A stretch of DNA of 64,000 nucleotides from Antedon mediterranea. Taxonomy: Eukaryota > Animalia > Echinodermata. Positions 54,401 through 63,752 of this stretch are shown piece after piece. Position 1 is the first letter of the stretch. Every line of letters begins with the position of its first letter. The stretch covers positions 7,378,001 to 7,442,000 of the forward strand of contig NC_092680.1 in assembly GCF_964355755.1 (NCBI RefSeq). Reading direction: 5' to 3'. The position numbers and the translations under genes were made by a program. The notes under the pieces are model-generated. The model had not been told where the DNA came from. It saw only the letters and a list, made by a program, of their open reading frames with translations, and made no database searches.

Positions 54401-57400
54401 ACATCCTAAAAGATAATGTTATTTGTAGTACAGTGTCTTTATTATTGCATCAGCAAGGAAACATGTCATTTTTAGTCTGAAAGTTTTGTTTTGTTTGTAT
54501 ATTTAGGCCAATTGCCAAGGATAACCAATAGTGAATTCTTCTCAAAGGTGGCAATTCTGTTCACAAGACAAACATATACTAAAGTATGAGCTACAAATTT
54601 ATAAGACTGTACATCATAAAATATTTGTAGTCTGACTGTCAGAAATGCGTTTTCTTTTTAATATCTGAAGAGGGACACAGACATGGACTGATACCTGTAA
54701 CGTGATTCGGTTTTTAACCAACAGTCCAATTTTGATGTCCATAGCACTAAGATCATTTTCCAACTGTACATTTGATCTGATTTGTTTCACAACCTTAGCC
54801 TTCAAACCATGTAATTCTGTGAAATAAAAGAAAAAAATTTACTCTCAAATACAGTGTGACTATTAGAGTAGGTTAGCATTAAGATCCTAGGTTACAATTA
54901 CAATAACAATTTGAGATTACTAGTACTGCAGTGGCTGCTGTACTGTTGCTAATATCAAATTAAGATAATGTCCATCCATTTATTGAGATGGTCCAAGACA
55001 ATTAAGCAGTGTTAATTAACTTGATGTTAATTAGTAATATATAAAAACAAATATCAAACAACTAACTAAATTTAATGACTTACCCAGTTCCTCTGACAGA
55101 TCCATTTCATTTCGGTCAAGTAGGTGCATATATTTGCGAACCACTTTTAATGGTGGATTATTTGAAGAGACTAAAAAAAAATAAAATAAATCCAGTAATA
55201 AATGACATTCATATCGAGAACTCATCAGCGGAAAACAGATGGAGAAAAAGAGTAATGTACCAATTGATGGCAAAAGGAACAGGGGAAGACAAAGTACATA
55301 ACAGATGAAGGGATGAAATTGATAAATAGAGAGGGAACGTGTGTAGCACTACAGAAGAACTATTCCATTTTTCTTTCGAGTTGTGTCCATATTGGGAATA
55401 ATGGCATATGTAGAGTCTATACAGGGATCTCACGAAATAGACTATTTAAAGTTAACATGCAGAGGTTTTCAAAAGCATAATAAAACTATATAAGGATATA
55501 CAGCAAGTATCATATTCTTTATATTCTTTATAATATATAATTTTATCTATAGTGCTACAGTAGGTATCATGGTATAAGGTTATTTAGGACATTCCTTACA
55601 TATTATATTTTTTATTAGTCTTCTTTTTGATAGTGAAGCCCAGATCAGTGATATTACTGCTTTCCGCTGGGGTCCTCTAGAATACATATCATTAATCCGG
55701 CCATTTTTTGATCAAACACGTATGGAAACATACTCCCATAATGCAGCTAGTAATCAGCGCAAAGATGTGTCTTGACCTAACCAGGTACCCATTTGTACAC
55801 CTGGGTGGAGAGAGTAAGCATACAGGACTAAGGATACAGGCAATGCCACAAGTGGTGGATTTGAACCCACGATCTCACAATCAGTAGCTCTCATAAAAAT
55901 AAAACATACTTAGAATGTGATAATCATTTCTTGCTTGATTTGAGCGGAAGAATGCTTGTATTTGTACAACTTCTTTCACCTAAAATCAAACATAAAGTAA
56001 TATAATAATTGTTTAGGTTTGTTTAAGGCTCAGCCACTCTATTCACTACTACCCTTTCTTCTTACTTTTTAACAGTATCTGCAGTTATTACTAAAATACT
56101 TTAAATTTAATTGCTCATAATAAAATGTTATGATTCAGAAAAAGCAATCCAGTCAACATCATATGCAATGTTGTACTTGGATTAACGGTAACTTTGAACT
56201 TTTATAATAAAGATTCATAATCCATAAAATATTAGAACAAAGTAAACAGAAAAAGCTTAATGAAAAAGGGAACAACTATACATAGAAACAACTTTGTCCC
56301 CTATTTATTAAAATAAAAAGCAGAATATGCAGGCATTTTAAAACGTGAGAGCAAATTCTAAGTGAATTATATTATAAATGATCTCCAATCCAATCAGTGC
56401 AATAGGAGACCTACTGGGGACCCCTCAGGATGTAAATTCCATTTGGGGATTTAGAGGGCTATCCCTGGCACCATACAAAAATGCATTTTTTTTTTGCTTT
56501 TTTATCTGTTTTTGTTCATGTATGGTATCGAAATAAATCAAATATTAGATAGTTCATAGGTTTGCTTTTTAGGAATCTGGTTGTGTGTGTTGTTTTTTCT
56601 TGTTCTTTTTCCATGCATGTTTTGTAATGTATTTGTATGTAATGCTTGGAGACAAAATAAATGAATAATACTTACATGATCTCTGAAATATTGCTGCCTC
56701 TTTTTGTACTTGTTTCTGGCAGCCATCATCCTAGCTAGTGATTGTACCTGTTAATTTAATCAATGTGGTTCTTAATATGTTATAAATGACCATAGCTCAA
56801 TGGTATGACAGGGTTTTTTTTAAAATTCCATTTATTTCAATCATTTTTTGTTGATGAATAAACAATGACAAATGTTTCCACAAGTTGAAATGTATTTTAT
56901 AATAATACATTTTTATAATACATATACACTTTCCCCCAACATGGCACTGACAGCAGTTTATAATTCATGGATTATTAGCGAGTTATAGTATTCAAATTTA
57001 GGTTAATTCGGTGCATTGAAATTAATGTAAATTAAAGTAATGTGTGGGCTAATTTAATTTTTTTAGTCTGATACTTCTCAAAATACATTGATTTATTTTT
57101 GTTTATATACAGTGTGTTCTATTTCTATGGATAATTATCTGAAATTAAAGAATGAATGAATTGTAGGAAACAATACAGTATGTAACTAATTGGTTATCTG
57201 CACTTGGCGGATTCAAAAATTCGTGAAAATTATGCCTTTCTTTAAAAAGTCATAGATTCTAAACTCCGTGGTGAACATTTTTAAAATTTCAGATTCTGGA
57301 AGTAAATGAGTTGTAGATATCAAATCATGCATCGATATGGCTAACCGGACATTTTGACGTCATCGTATGGCCACTCGAATATAAAATATAGGATTTTTGT

Positions 57401-60400
57401 CACTTTCGCATAGCTCATCACATTTAATAGAGTGCATCTCCACTTATCCGTATTCCATTTCCCCCCATTTTGTTATATTGTCTAGGCCAATCAATTATCT
57501 TTCGCATAATCTACCATTTTTTAAATTGTGATGACGTCATTATGTCCAAAAGTGTCAATAACTTGGGTCCCTTATTTTCACCTATTCTGCACTGTATGTA
57601 GTACGTATACAGAATATCGTGTATACCGTATATACTTTGGCGTGACACAAAATAGAGAGCGCACTAACATTTTTTCAATGGCATAATCGTTTTTCTGCGC
57701 GCAATATTCTAACGTATGACGTGCACGTGGCATTTGCGCTGCGGATAACCTAACTCGTCCGTAGTGACGAGTTCAAATCTAGTATTACTAATTAGATTTC
57801 CTCTTATGAGACCAATATTCACTTCTGGCCAATTAATATTAACTAGAAATATATATAAAGGACTAACATAATGGTGAATGTATACTATAAGAGATCTAGA
57901 CATACCTTGATAGTAGCCTCTTCTTGTGTGTTTAAATATTCCAATCTGTCCTTGTAAATCCTTCTCTGCGTAACACCTTTCAACCAACTCTGTCAATGAA
58001 AAGCAACCATTAAAATCATACAACAAACAAAATTAATATTAATAATACAACAAATATACATAAAGAAAATAACTGATTCAAATAAAGGTATTTGCATTTA
58101 AAATTTTGAAAAAAACAAAAAAAAAGATTAGGAAATAATAGAACGGATGAAAATGTAATATTTTTACCAAAAACGCATCCATTGTCTTGCCAAATAAAGA
58201 CACAGCTTTTTAAACCAAAATCCTACACTAGATTAGCTAGCTGAAAACAATCCTAATGAAAACGTCTATAGGTTCAAGCAAAATAGCAAGATGTATATGG
58301 TTACTTAATTTACAATCTTAATATTGTAAAATAGTACCAGCACTTATAGCATTCACATGACTCCTCTGTCATATGTATTTTATTAAGTTTTATTTCAAGA
58401 TTTGATTCATATAAAATATTATCTATATTAGAATTTCAATTTCTTTTTGAATAAACTGAAAAAATGTCTAACCAAACCTAATTTTAAATCCACTTTTCTA
58501 ATAATAATAATAAACTTTAAAATAAACTTGCATCATGTTAAAGAATGAAAATTATATAATTTATTATTTTATGTACAGTATTAAAAAAAATGTTAGATAT
58601 AAAAAATATAATACTTGATATGCAAAATTAAAATCCAACAAACCCAAGCATTATGCCCAAGAAATATGTTTCTGTTATTTGGTGATTTAAATATATGAAA
58701 TGTAAAATATCAAAATAAGTTATATGAATTTAATTTTCTTTTATCACTTAAAAGAAATTGCAGCAATATATATCGATGCAACCACTTTAGACAGAAAAGT
58801 AAAATCGGAACGAAGACAAATCATGCAGACAACGTACAAAATACAATAATAATATAATGAACAAAAAAAGGGGGGAAACAAACGAATATGAAATATGTAA
58901 TAAATATATGTAAAACAATAATAATATATGTAGAAATGGAAAGTAAAAATGATACAAAACAAATAGGAAAATAAAAGAGAAAAAAAAAAAAAACGAGAAA
59001 ATAAACAAAGAAAGACGCTTTTGAACCTGAAGTTTGATGATGGCCGGAAGCTGTCGTCGGATAAAATCCATGCGTTCGTGAAACGATTTTCGGGCAATCA
59101 TTCCACGTGTATGGGCTTGTAAGGTAATGATTTTATCCTCGTTTGACTTGAAGAGTAACTGCCTGTCATGTGCTGATGTTACCCTGGTAAGAATAGCCTG
59201 TATAACAAGAAGCCAAGATCACATACATGCAGTTATACAAACTACACATCAAACAATTAGTTAACATTAACAGCTTCATAGATTAAATCACAACATATAT
59301 ATACTATATATAGGTCAAATAATTAATTATAATACATATATGACCAAGTATAATCCCATCCTCGAGTATAATCCTATGCTTGAGTATAATCCCATGCTCA
59401 AGTATAATCCTATGCTTGAGTATAATACCATGCTCAAGTATAATCTCATGGTTGAGTATAATCCTATGCTTGAGTATAATACCATGCTCAAGTATAATCT
59501 CATGGTTGAGTATAATCCTATGCTCGAGTATAATCCCATGCTCAAGTATAATCCTATGCTTGAGTATAATCCCATGCTCAAGTATAATCTCATGGTTGAG
59601 TATAATCCAATGCTCAAGTATAATCTCATGGTTGAGTATAATCCAATGCTCAAGTATAATCTCATGGTTGAGTATAATCCCATGCTCAAGTATAATCTCA
59701 TGGTTGAGTATAATCCTATGCTCAAGTATAATCCTATGTTCGAGTATAATCCCATGCTCGAGTATAGTCCCATGTTCAAGTATAATCCCATGCTCGAGTA
59801 TTTTCTGATACTCGAGTATAAGCCCATGCTCGAGTATAATCCCATGCTCGAGTATTTTCTGATACTCGAGTATAAGCCCATGCTCGAGTATGCCTACCCA
59901 TTAATTTTACAATTTGTACTATACTTGGTCATATACGTTACATACAATATTCCATCATTTAGTAACAGTTTTAAATAGAGTTTTCTTCCAACAGTAACTA
60001 CAGGATGAACATACTATGCTTTTTAATCAACAAATATGAAATATAATTTTAAGTTATAAATTTCATTTTGGTTTTAGCGCTTTTACCACCCAAATATCAA
60101 TAGTATTCCGACAATAAAAGCATAATGATTGTAATACTGGTTTATGGAATCATCTCTGTTATATTTACCACAACCTTTTAATAATAATGTTTATAAGTAC
60201 GTTATTCAATTATGGATATATATTTAATTAATATAGTACTAGTATATATTATAGTTTATATTCAGTCAGTTTATATCATTCAATATGGAACAAGTTTTTT
60301 TTGTGTCCAAATTTCTTCATAAATTTAAAAATCATTGAGTTCAAGTTTAAGAAACAAAAATCTACCACGATTGAACATTTGGAAAAACAAATTAAGGGAG

Positions 60401-63400
60401 GTAATTGTGGCATTAAGTTCTTTAATATGGAGTGCATGAGATTTTAATGTTTGTTTATTGGCTTGAGAAAATGAATTTCTCTATTTTTTTTCTTATTACT
60501 AAGCCTGATAATAAAATATTCTTAGTCATCACAAACAGTGAAATTTAGAGCTTATAAGTAATAATTTCTATTTAAAGTCATTTTTAGTACAAAAATGGTT
60601 TATTATATAAATTCATCTGGTTCCAAATATAATAAACTGGACAATTATTACCTTTTGTTGAACCAAATAAATGAAGTTTATAATATATAGTTTATCATTT
60701 ATTCATAAATATTAAAAGAAATTTGAACACTTGATAGTAGCAGAACCCCAAAGTGACATTAGTAGTAGAAATAATAACAAAGCATGCTAAATGACGACAT
60801 AACCAAACCTGTATCTCCTCTTTTGTTAACTGATGACAGTTGAGTGCAGCGCCCTCTGGCAGCACCCAGGCCGATTCATTTGTTTTGATGTTGTAGTAGT
60901 AATTATGGCCATCTTTAGTTGTATGGCAAACCCAGTCACCATCTTCATCGCCTAAAAAAGGGACAAATTAACATATTGTATGCAATTATTATAAAATCAT
61001 TCATAATAACTATAATACTCAACATACACGCAATCCATTTGTAATCACCATTATTTAAGTCACAGACTTAGCTGACAAGGACTGATTGGATCAAAGTTTT
61101 TTATAGCAAGTCTGCCCTAGTTTATCATCAACCCATTAGCCTAGGGAATGAGGTTAATGTGGGTTTCTAATCTTAATGCAGGTTGTTCATTCGATTCATA
61201 TTAAATCATATAATTAATGTCTTACTTTATAGAACAAAATTGGGTTACTATGTACAATTTACTGTTATTACCCCACCTTTTTGTACTTCATACAAATCCA
61301 ATACCAATAAATTGCCAATTACAAGATGGATAAAACATACCTTATACAACTAAGACTCATTTGAGGCTTAGGGAGTGAAGTAGGAATGAGTTGTGAATAT
61401 TACAACTATGGCACTAGGTCAGGACCAAACCCTGCACATTGGGATTGGAAGGCAAGAGACAAGATGGATAAATTTTATATTTTTACCAGCACATATAAAC
61501 TTTCATTCGAAGATATATAAAGTATACCATTTACAACTAAGACTCATTTGAGGCTTAGGGAGTAGATTAGAAAGCGTATAAACATGGCACTAGGTCACTT
61601 GAACCCTGGGATTGGAAGGCTACAGCTCTACACAAAAGCAGTGATGTCAGAAAGTATAACCCTATTACTAAACAATAATTGACATATTATTTGAATCAAT
61701 TTGTTGTGGCAGACCACAAACAATTTGTCCAACCTTCAAGATCTTTGGCTTTCTTTGCTGCTGTGAGTTCTTTCAAGTACTCAGCTCCGCACTCTGCCGT
61801 GATGGAGTGCAGTCCAACACCAGAGTCAGTGATCACTTTCATAACAGATTCTGGAGTCGCATCAGGTGATGACAAAACAGTATTAATCAATGCCACTCCA
61901 TATGCCACTGTGCACAAAAAAGGGAATCTGATGTTTATACAATAATTCATTACAAACAGGACTTGTTTCATGTTTTCTTTAAGCTCTCTCTACACTATCA
62001 AACTAGTTTGACAAAAAAAAGTGTGATGTGCCCAAATATGGTAGTAATATGTCCAAATATGGTAGTGATATGACATCATCATGCCCATATATGGGCACAT
62101 CACATTTTTTTTTTCACATACAATTTGATAGTGTAGTGTACAATTAGTCTTGAACTGAGTAACTTGTGTATTACTATATTCAAATAATTTTAATTGCCGT
62201 TTACACAATGTGAACACCATTAAGACACCACATAATATGCCAACCATTCATTTTGGCATGATATATTTTAAACTGCATCCATATTTTTATATATCTATGT
62301 ATAATTAATTAACTTTTTGTCTGTCTTGATGTATATGTAAAGCGCCTTTGAGCATGTTTTTTTCATGAAAAGGGCGCTATATAAAGGTGGTATAATATTA
62401 TTATATAAAAATTAATGTGAATAGCTAAATGATAATGGGGGGTTTTTTTTTTGGCACAACAAATAATATTGGGATGATCATTGATCTATTACATGAACAT
62501 TAACTTTAACTGATCTAACAAGATAAATTTTCTACTAGGTAAAAATTTGAAACCGAAAGTAGAAGAGGTGTTTATGGTATGGTTACATACTGTACAAAGA
62601 CTATTAAAGTGTTACTATATAAGAGGTGTTTATGGTATGGTTACATACTGTACAAAGACTATTAAAGTGTTACTATATAAGAGGTGTTTATGGTATGGTT
62701 ACATACTGTACAAAGACTATTAAAGTGTCTTACATTTGTTGAAGTCTGCTGCTGTTTTGTTGCAACTATTTACAGTACTTTGTATTTCATCTAGCCACAA
62801 CATTGGATCTGACTCGTCTTCAGAATTCTATAAAATCAACAAAACAATCAAATATGACTTGTTAGTTGTCTTGTTAACCGTCCTCATTAGGCAGAGTACA
62901 CGGTGAGTGAATGGCCGAGCAATTAGACATTGGAACCGTAATCCAATCATAACATCGGCAAGGGTTGGAGGCTCACCCGCTCCATGGTTCTGGTGGTAGA
63001 ACAAGTCTTCTCGGATAAAGACTATAAACCATAGGTCCAGTGTACACACACTGCTCGTGTGCACTTTAAAGAACCTAGTACATTCGAGACGAGTAAAGGG
63101 TTACCCCGGTGTACCGCCTTAATGTGACATGACATGGCCCTTAGGGGGGAAAACATGTAGTTGAAAAGTGTAACATCTGAGTCCACAGTGCCATGAGCAA
63201 TGAAAGATACGTTGGTATTCGGCGCTAAATACAAGAACTCAAATTTTATTACATTAGACTGTCTGATTTCATTTGGTATATGTATTGCCTTTATGTACTA
63301 CATATATTTTTACCTTTTTTTGGTTTTATGCTACCACTCAATATTTTGTATTATTAATTTTTGTTAATGATAAAGGATGTTTACTCACTGCAGCTTTCTT

Positions 63401-63552
63401 CTCTTTCTCAGCATGTAGTTGTTTCTGATACAACACTGCTTCATGAGGTTCTACATCATTAAGTTTAGCATATTGCATCTGGAGTGCACTAAGGGTCATG
63501 TCAGCATCCCCTTCATCAATAGCTTCATTAATAGCAGTGATGGCTAGTATCC
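27379..63552 (-). CDS. IQGAP1: Ras GTPase-activating-like protein IQGAP, 3' 27 coding exons (IQGAP repeats, WW, 4 IQ, GRD, RasGAP_C); gene continues beyond the window end
   Basis: 27 GT-AG exons totalling 3344 nt chain in frame; motifs LWLDEIQ, WW domain, IQ motifs, MDIKIGLLVKNRITLQ, EEYLLLKLF, YYRFMNPAIVAPDAFD, DIRNQRRYR, C-terminal VNVNLLIFLLNKKFYGK*. The symbol denotes the IQGAP family. Confidence 0.97.
27584..27692 (-). CDS. IQGAP1: IQGAP exon (FKNVLFEISP...QIVFS)
   Basis: GT-AG boundaries, phase 2-0. Confidence 0.93.
28118..28222 (-). CDS. IQGAP1: IQGAP exon (KYTGARLHEKGIILEIE)
   Basis: Conserved motif, phase 2-2. Confidence 0.92.
28501..34325. repeat. Intronic minisatellite, 31-bp unit GACTGTACTGAATATTCATA(A/G)AGACTGT(T/C)AG, about 188 copies
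   Basis: Head-to-tail repeats without spacers; core palindrome TGAATATTCA. Confidence 0.98.
34332..34498 (-). CDS. IQGAP1: IQGAP exon (DIRNQRRYR...CMLNLQTKT), RasGAP_C
   Basis: Conserved motif, GTGAGT donor, phase 0-2. Confidence 0.95.
34837..34951 (-). CDS. IQGAP1: IQGAP exon (LPLESIKRKIEKNL...SIAH)
   Basis: GT-AG, phase 2-0. Confidence 0.92.
35165..37200. repeat. Intronic minisatellite, 27-bp unit AAGTTCTATCCAAACCAATGGAAAGAC, about 75 copies
   Basis: Directly visible; a unit length divisible by 3 yields the many repetitive ORFs. Confidence 0.97.
37225..37331 (-). CDS. IQGAP1: IQGAP exon (EDEHIALV...QRTMSVLHDS)
   Basis: GT-AG, phase 0-2. Confidence 0.9.
37450..37537 (-). CDS. IQGAP1: IQGAP exon (TKRLLVDVIRVQPGET...EEQ)
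   Basis: Conserved motif, phase 2-0. Confidence 0.93.
37688..38070. mobile_element. MITE family A copy interrupted by a nested second MITE (37767-38009)
   Basis: Outer TIRs of family A; inner TIR GGACAAGCCAGATCAGTCGCCTGTCG / CGACAAGTGACTGGTTTGGCTTGTCC with duplicated TA. Confidence 0.75.
38122..38263 (-). CDS. IQGAP1: IQGAP exon (LAKSEISLTLTNKFEI)
   Basis: Conserved motif, phase 1-2. Confidence 0.93.
38356..39308 (+). mobile_element. 5'-truncated non-LTR retrotransposon, Rex1/Babar-like (CR1 group), antisense in an IQGAP intron
   Basis: Open frame 38360-39166 with RT motifs GVPQGCVLSP, KFADD, LNVSKTKEMVVDFR, FKFLG, KAQRRIYFLRRL; short 3' UTR ending in a (GACTT)n tail at about 39285-39308. 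Confidence 0.9.
39349..39510. mobile_element. MITE family A copy
   Basis: TAAAGCTGTGTCTACACTATCAAAC...GTTTGATAGTGTAGTCAGAGCTTTA. Confidence 0.82.
41013..41115 (-). CDS. IQGAP1: IQGAP exon (LLMEHEEIVAP...LGDPPSIQDLI)
   Basis: GT-AG, phase 0-1. Confidence 0.93.
41286..41418 (-). CDS. IQGAP1: IQGAP exon (CDVPELDDRFNINEYSD...DTHA)
   Basis: Conserved motif, phase 2-0. Confidence 0.95.
41744..41811 (-). CDS. IQGAP1: IQGAP exon (FGGDSDHLSGLNKFV...RF)
   Basis: GT-AG, phase 0-2. Confidence 0.92.
42187..42351 (-). CDS. IQGAP1: IQGAP exon, GRD core (IVGNLIYYRFMNPAIVAPDAFD...RRNLGSIAKVLQ)
   Basis: IQGAP-type YYR signature, phase 0-0. Confidence 0.97.
42395..42500 (+). mobile_element. Degenerate tRNA-derived SINE fragment; related inverted copies at about 61338-61455 and 61525-61628
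   Basis: A-box-like TAGCTTAGTGG, B-box-like GTTCAA, shared TGACCTAGTGCCA and CTCCCT..CTCAAAT blocks. Confidence 0.5.
42892..42976 (-). CDS. IQGAP1: IQGAP exon (YGMRYIAKTL...KFPDA...LK)
   Basis: Conserved motif, phase 2-0. Confidence 0.94.
43222..43365 (-). CDS. IQGAP1: IQGAP exon (DLPYEVS...IDDIP)
   Basis: Conserved motif, phase 2-2. Confidence 0.93.
43485..43627. mobile_element. MITE family A copy (degenerate), about 10 bp from the LTR element
   Basis: TAAGCTCTGT...TGTGATGTGCC...CAGAGCTTTA. Confidence 0.7.
43638..43901 (+). repeat. 5' LTR (3' end lacks about 24 nt present in the 3' LTR)
   Basis: Aligns with 48571-48819 (AAATGGTTCAGTCCACCAAGTGACCCGAGGTCATGTGTGTCGTCCTGAAG shared). Confidence 0.88.
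44500..45290 (+). pseudogene. Degenerate gag-like region
   Basis: Position between PBS and RT; fragments such as DNWILF, LEAASQQEGES, VVKFCMGCLD resemble Gypsy gag; many stops and frameshifts. Confidence 0.55.
45295..47020 (+). pseudogene. Degenerate pol: C-terminal RT, RNase H, integrase
   Basis: FLDDIVVLGKTFEDHL..LKLKPKKC, FLGLANY, FILDVDA..VIAYAS, HTNADALSR, HHDLPSAGHQG..CEVC zinc finger, ERVHID, DQFT, HSDQG, VERYNRTL. Confidence 0.92.
47103..48430 (+). pseudogene. Degenerate accessory ORF with a C-terminal TatD-like metallo-nuclease domain (about 47850-48430)
   Basis: Ordered motifs FDAHFH (47859-47876), GVHP (48068-48079), GKIGLDH (48152-48172), LHLRD, LHNF, YFSF; one frameshift and one in-frame stop at 48101. 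Confidence 0.75.
48571..48843 (+). repeat. 3' LTR
   Basis: TGT...ACA termini, preceded by a purine tract, followed by the GTTG TSD. Confidence 0.9.
49016..49165 (-). CDS. IQGAP1: IQGAP exon (GAKGQSSLRSIL...NTNPIDVYKTWINQQETETGEA)
   Basis: Conserved GRD motif, phase 2-2. Confidence 0.96.
49363..49437 (-). CDS. IQGAP1: IQGAP exon (SKVDKMMEIITGNPMVIKMVVTFN)
   Basis: TGNP motif with Thr at the arginine-finger position, as in IQGAPs; phase 2-2. Confidence 0.95.
50901..50980 (-). pseudogene. 5S rRNA-derived sequence with an internal deletion, likely the head of a SINE3-type element extending to about 50540
   Basis: Minus strand CTACGGCCCTACCACATTGAAACACCGGTTCTCGTAAGATCACTGAAGTTAAGCACCATC-TGGGAATAATGGGTGCTGTA matches the 5' and 3' parts of metazoan 5S; box C segment missing. 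Confidence 0.8.
51740..52050. repeat. AT-rich minisatellite, 28-bp unit GATTGATTTATGTTAATTTATTGATATG, about 11 copies
   Basis: Period 28 visible at 51963 and 51991. Confidence 0.9.
52594..52760. mobile_element. MITE family A copy
   Basis: TAAAGCCTTGTCTACACTATCGAAC...GTTTGATAGTGTAGACAGAGCTTTA. Confidence 0.82.
54113..54405 (-). CDS. IQGAP1: IQGAP exon (DVVTHSKKL...YQHLFYQLQTNPNYLAKLIF...EEYLLLKLFKTALEEEI)
   Basis: Highly conserved block, phase 0-2. Confidence 0.97.
54695..54816 (-). CDS. IQGAP1: IQGAP exon (IRSNVQLENDLSAMDIKIGLLVKNRITLQ)
   Basis: Conserved motif, phase 1-0. Confidence 0.96.
55084..55170 (-). CDS. IQGAP1: IQGAP exon (NPPLKVVRKYMHLLD...EEL)
   Basis: Conserved motif, phase 1-1. 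Confidence 0.94.
55625..55885 (-). mobile_element. tRNA-derived SINE with a CORE-like domain (partial)
   Basis: Minus strand GGGTTCAAATCC B-box followed by CTCTCTCCACCCAGGTGTACAAATGGGTACC. Confidence 0.6.
55910..55979 (-). CDS. IQGAP1: IQGAP exon, IQ4 (IQAFFRSNQAR)
   Basis: IQ motif, phase 0-1. Confidence 0.93.
56676..56747 (-). CDS. IQGAP1: IQGAP exon, IQ3 (VQSLARMMAAR)
   Basis: IQ motif, phase 0-0. Confidence 0.93.
57596..57782 (+). mobile_element. Helitron-like 3' end
   Basis: Hairpin AACTCGTC-CGTAGT-GACGAGTT (57752-57773), then CTAG at 57779-57782 followed by T; CpG-rich against the background; 5' end not defined. Confidence 0.5.
57906..57989 (-). CDS. IQGAP1: IQGAP exon, IQ2 second half (SWLKGVTQRRIYKDRLEYL...IK)
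   Basis: 84 nt, phase 0-0, expected position between IQ exons. Confidence 0.92.
59027..59197 (-). CDS. IQGAP1: IQGAP exon, IQ1 (LQAHTRGMIARK...PAIIKLQ)
   Basis: IQ motif, phase 0-0. Confidence 0.94.
59346..59890. repeat. Intronic minisatellite, 18-bp unit GAGTATAATCCCATGCTC, about 30 copies
   Basis: Directly visible; explains the YNPMLE-repeat ORFs. Confidence 0.95.
60809..60951 (-). CDS. IQGAP1: IQGAP exon, WW domain (WVCHTTKDGHNYYYNIKTNESAWVLP)
   Basis: W...YYY N...W.P pattern, phase 1-0. Confidence 0.95.
61734..61907 (-). CDS. IQGAP1: IQGAP exon (IQGAP repeat; GLHSITAECGAEYLKEL)
   Basis: GT-AG, phase 1-1. Confidence 0.92.
61980..62136. mobile_element. MITE family A copy
   Basis: TAAGCTCTCTCTACACTATCAAACTAG...TTTGATAGTGTAG. 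Confidence 0.8.
62563..62728. repeat. 58-bp tandem repeat, about 2.9 copies, abutting an IQGAP splice donor
   Basis: AAGAGGTGTTTATGGTATGG at 62563, 62621, 62679. Confidence 0.92.
62734..62827 (-). CDS. IQGAP1: IQGAP exon (DPMLWLDEIQSTVN)
   Basis: LWLDEIQ motif, phase 0-1. Confidence 0.93.
62903..63250 (+). mobile_element. tRNA-derived SINE with a Deu/Nin-like central domain
   Basis: A-box-like TGGCCGAGC; TCGGATAAAGACTATAAACC..GGTCC..TTAAAGAACC..GAGTAAAGGGTTACCCCGGTGT resembles the Deu/Nin domain; L2-like GGCGCTAAATA tail. Confidence 0.6.
63389..63552 (-). CDS. IQGAP1: IQGAP exon (ILAITAINEAIDEGDADMTLSAL...)
   Basis: IQGAP repeat motif INEA, phase 1-0. Confidence 0.93.
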
Positions 63553-63668
63553 CTGCATTAAAAAATATTAATAGTTAGCTTTGTAAATGACATTATTGAC
63601 TCTCCTATAGCAGTGATTGCTAGTATCCCTGCAGTAAACAAATTATTATTAGTTAGCTTTGTATGCTT

Positions 63669-63752
63669 TGTGATGTTCCCAAATATGGTGCTAATATGAC
63701 GTCATTATGTCCATTTTGTCACATAAAGTTTGATAGTGTAGACAGAGCTTTA
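63669..63752. mobile_element. MITE family A, partial copy (one end)
   Basis: TTTGTCACATAAAGTTTGATAGTGTAGACAGAGCTTTA. Confidence 0.72.

Noticed and set aside
59327-59978. YNPMLE-repeat ORFs
   Set aside because: 18-bp intronic minisatellite, open in several frames and on both strands.
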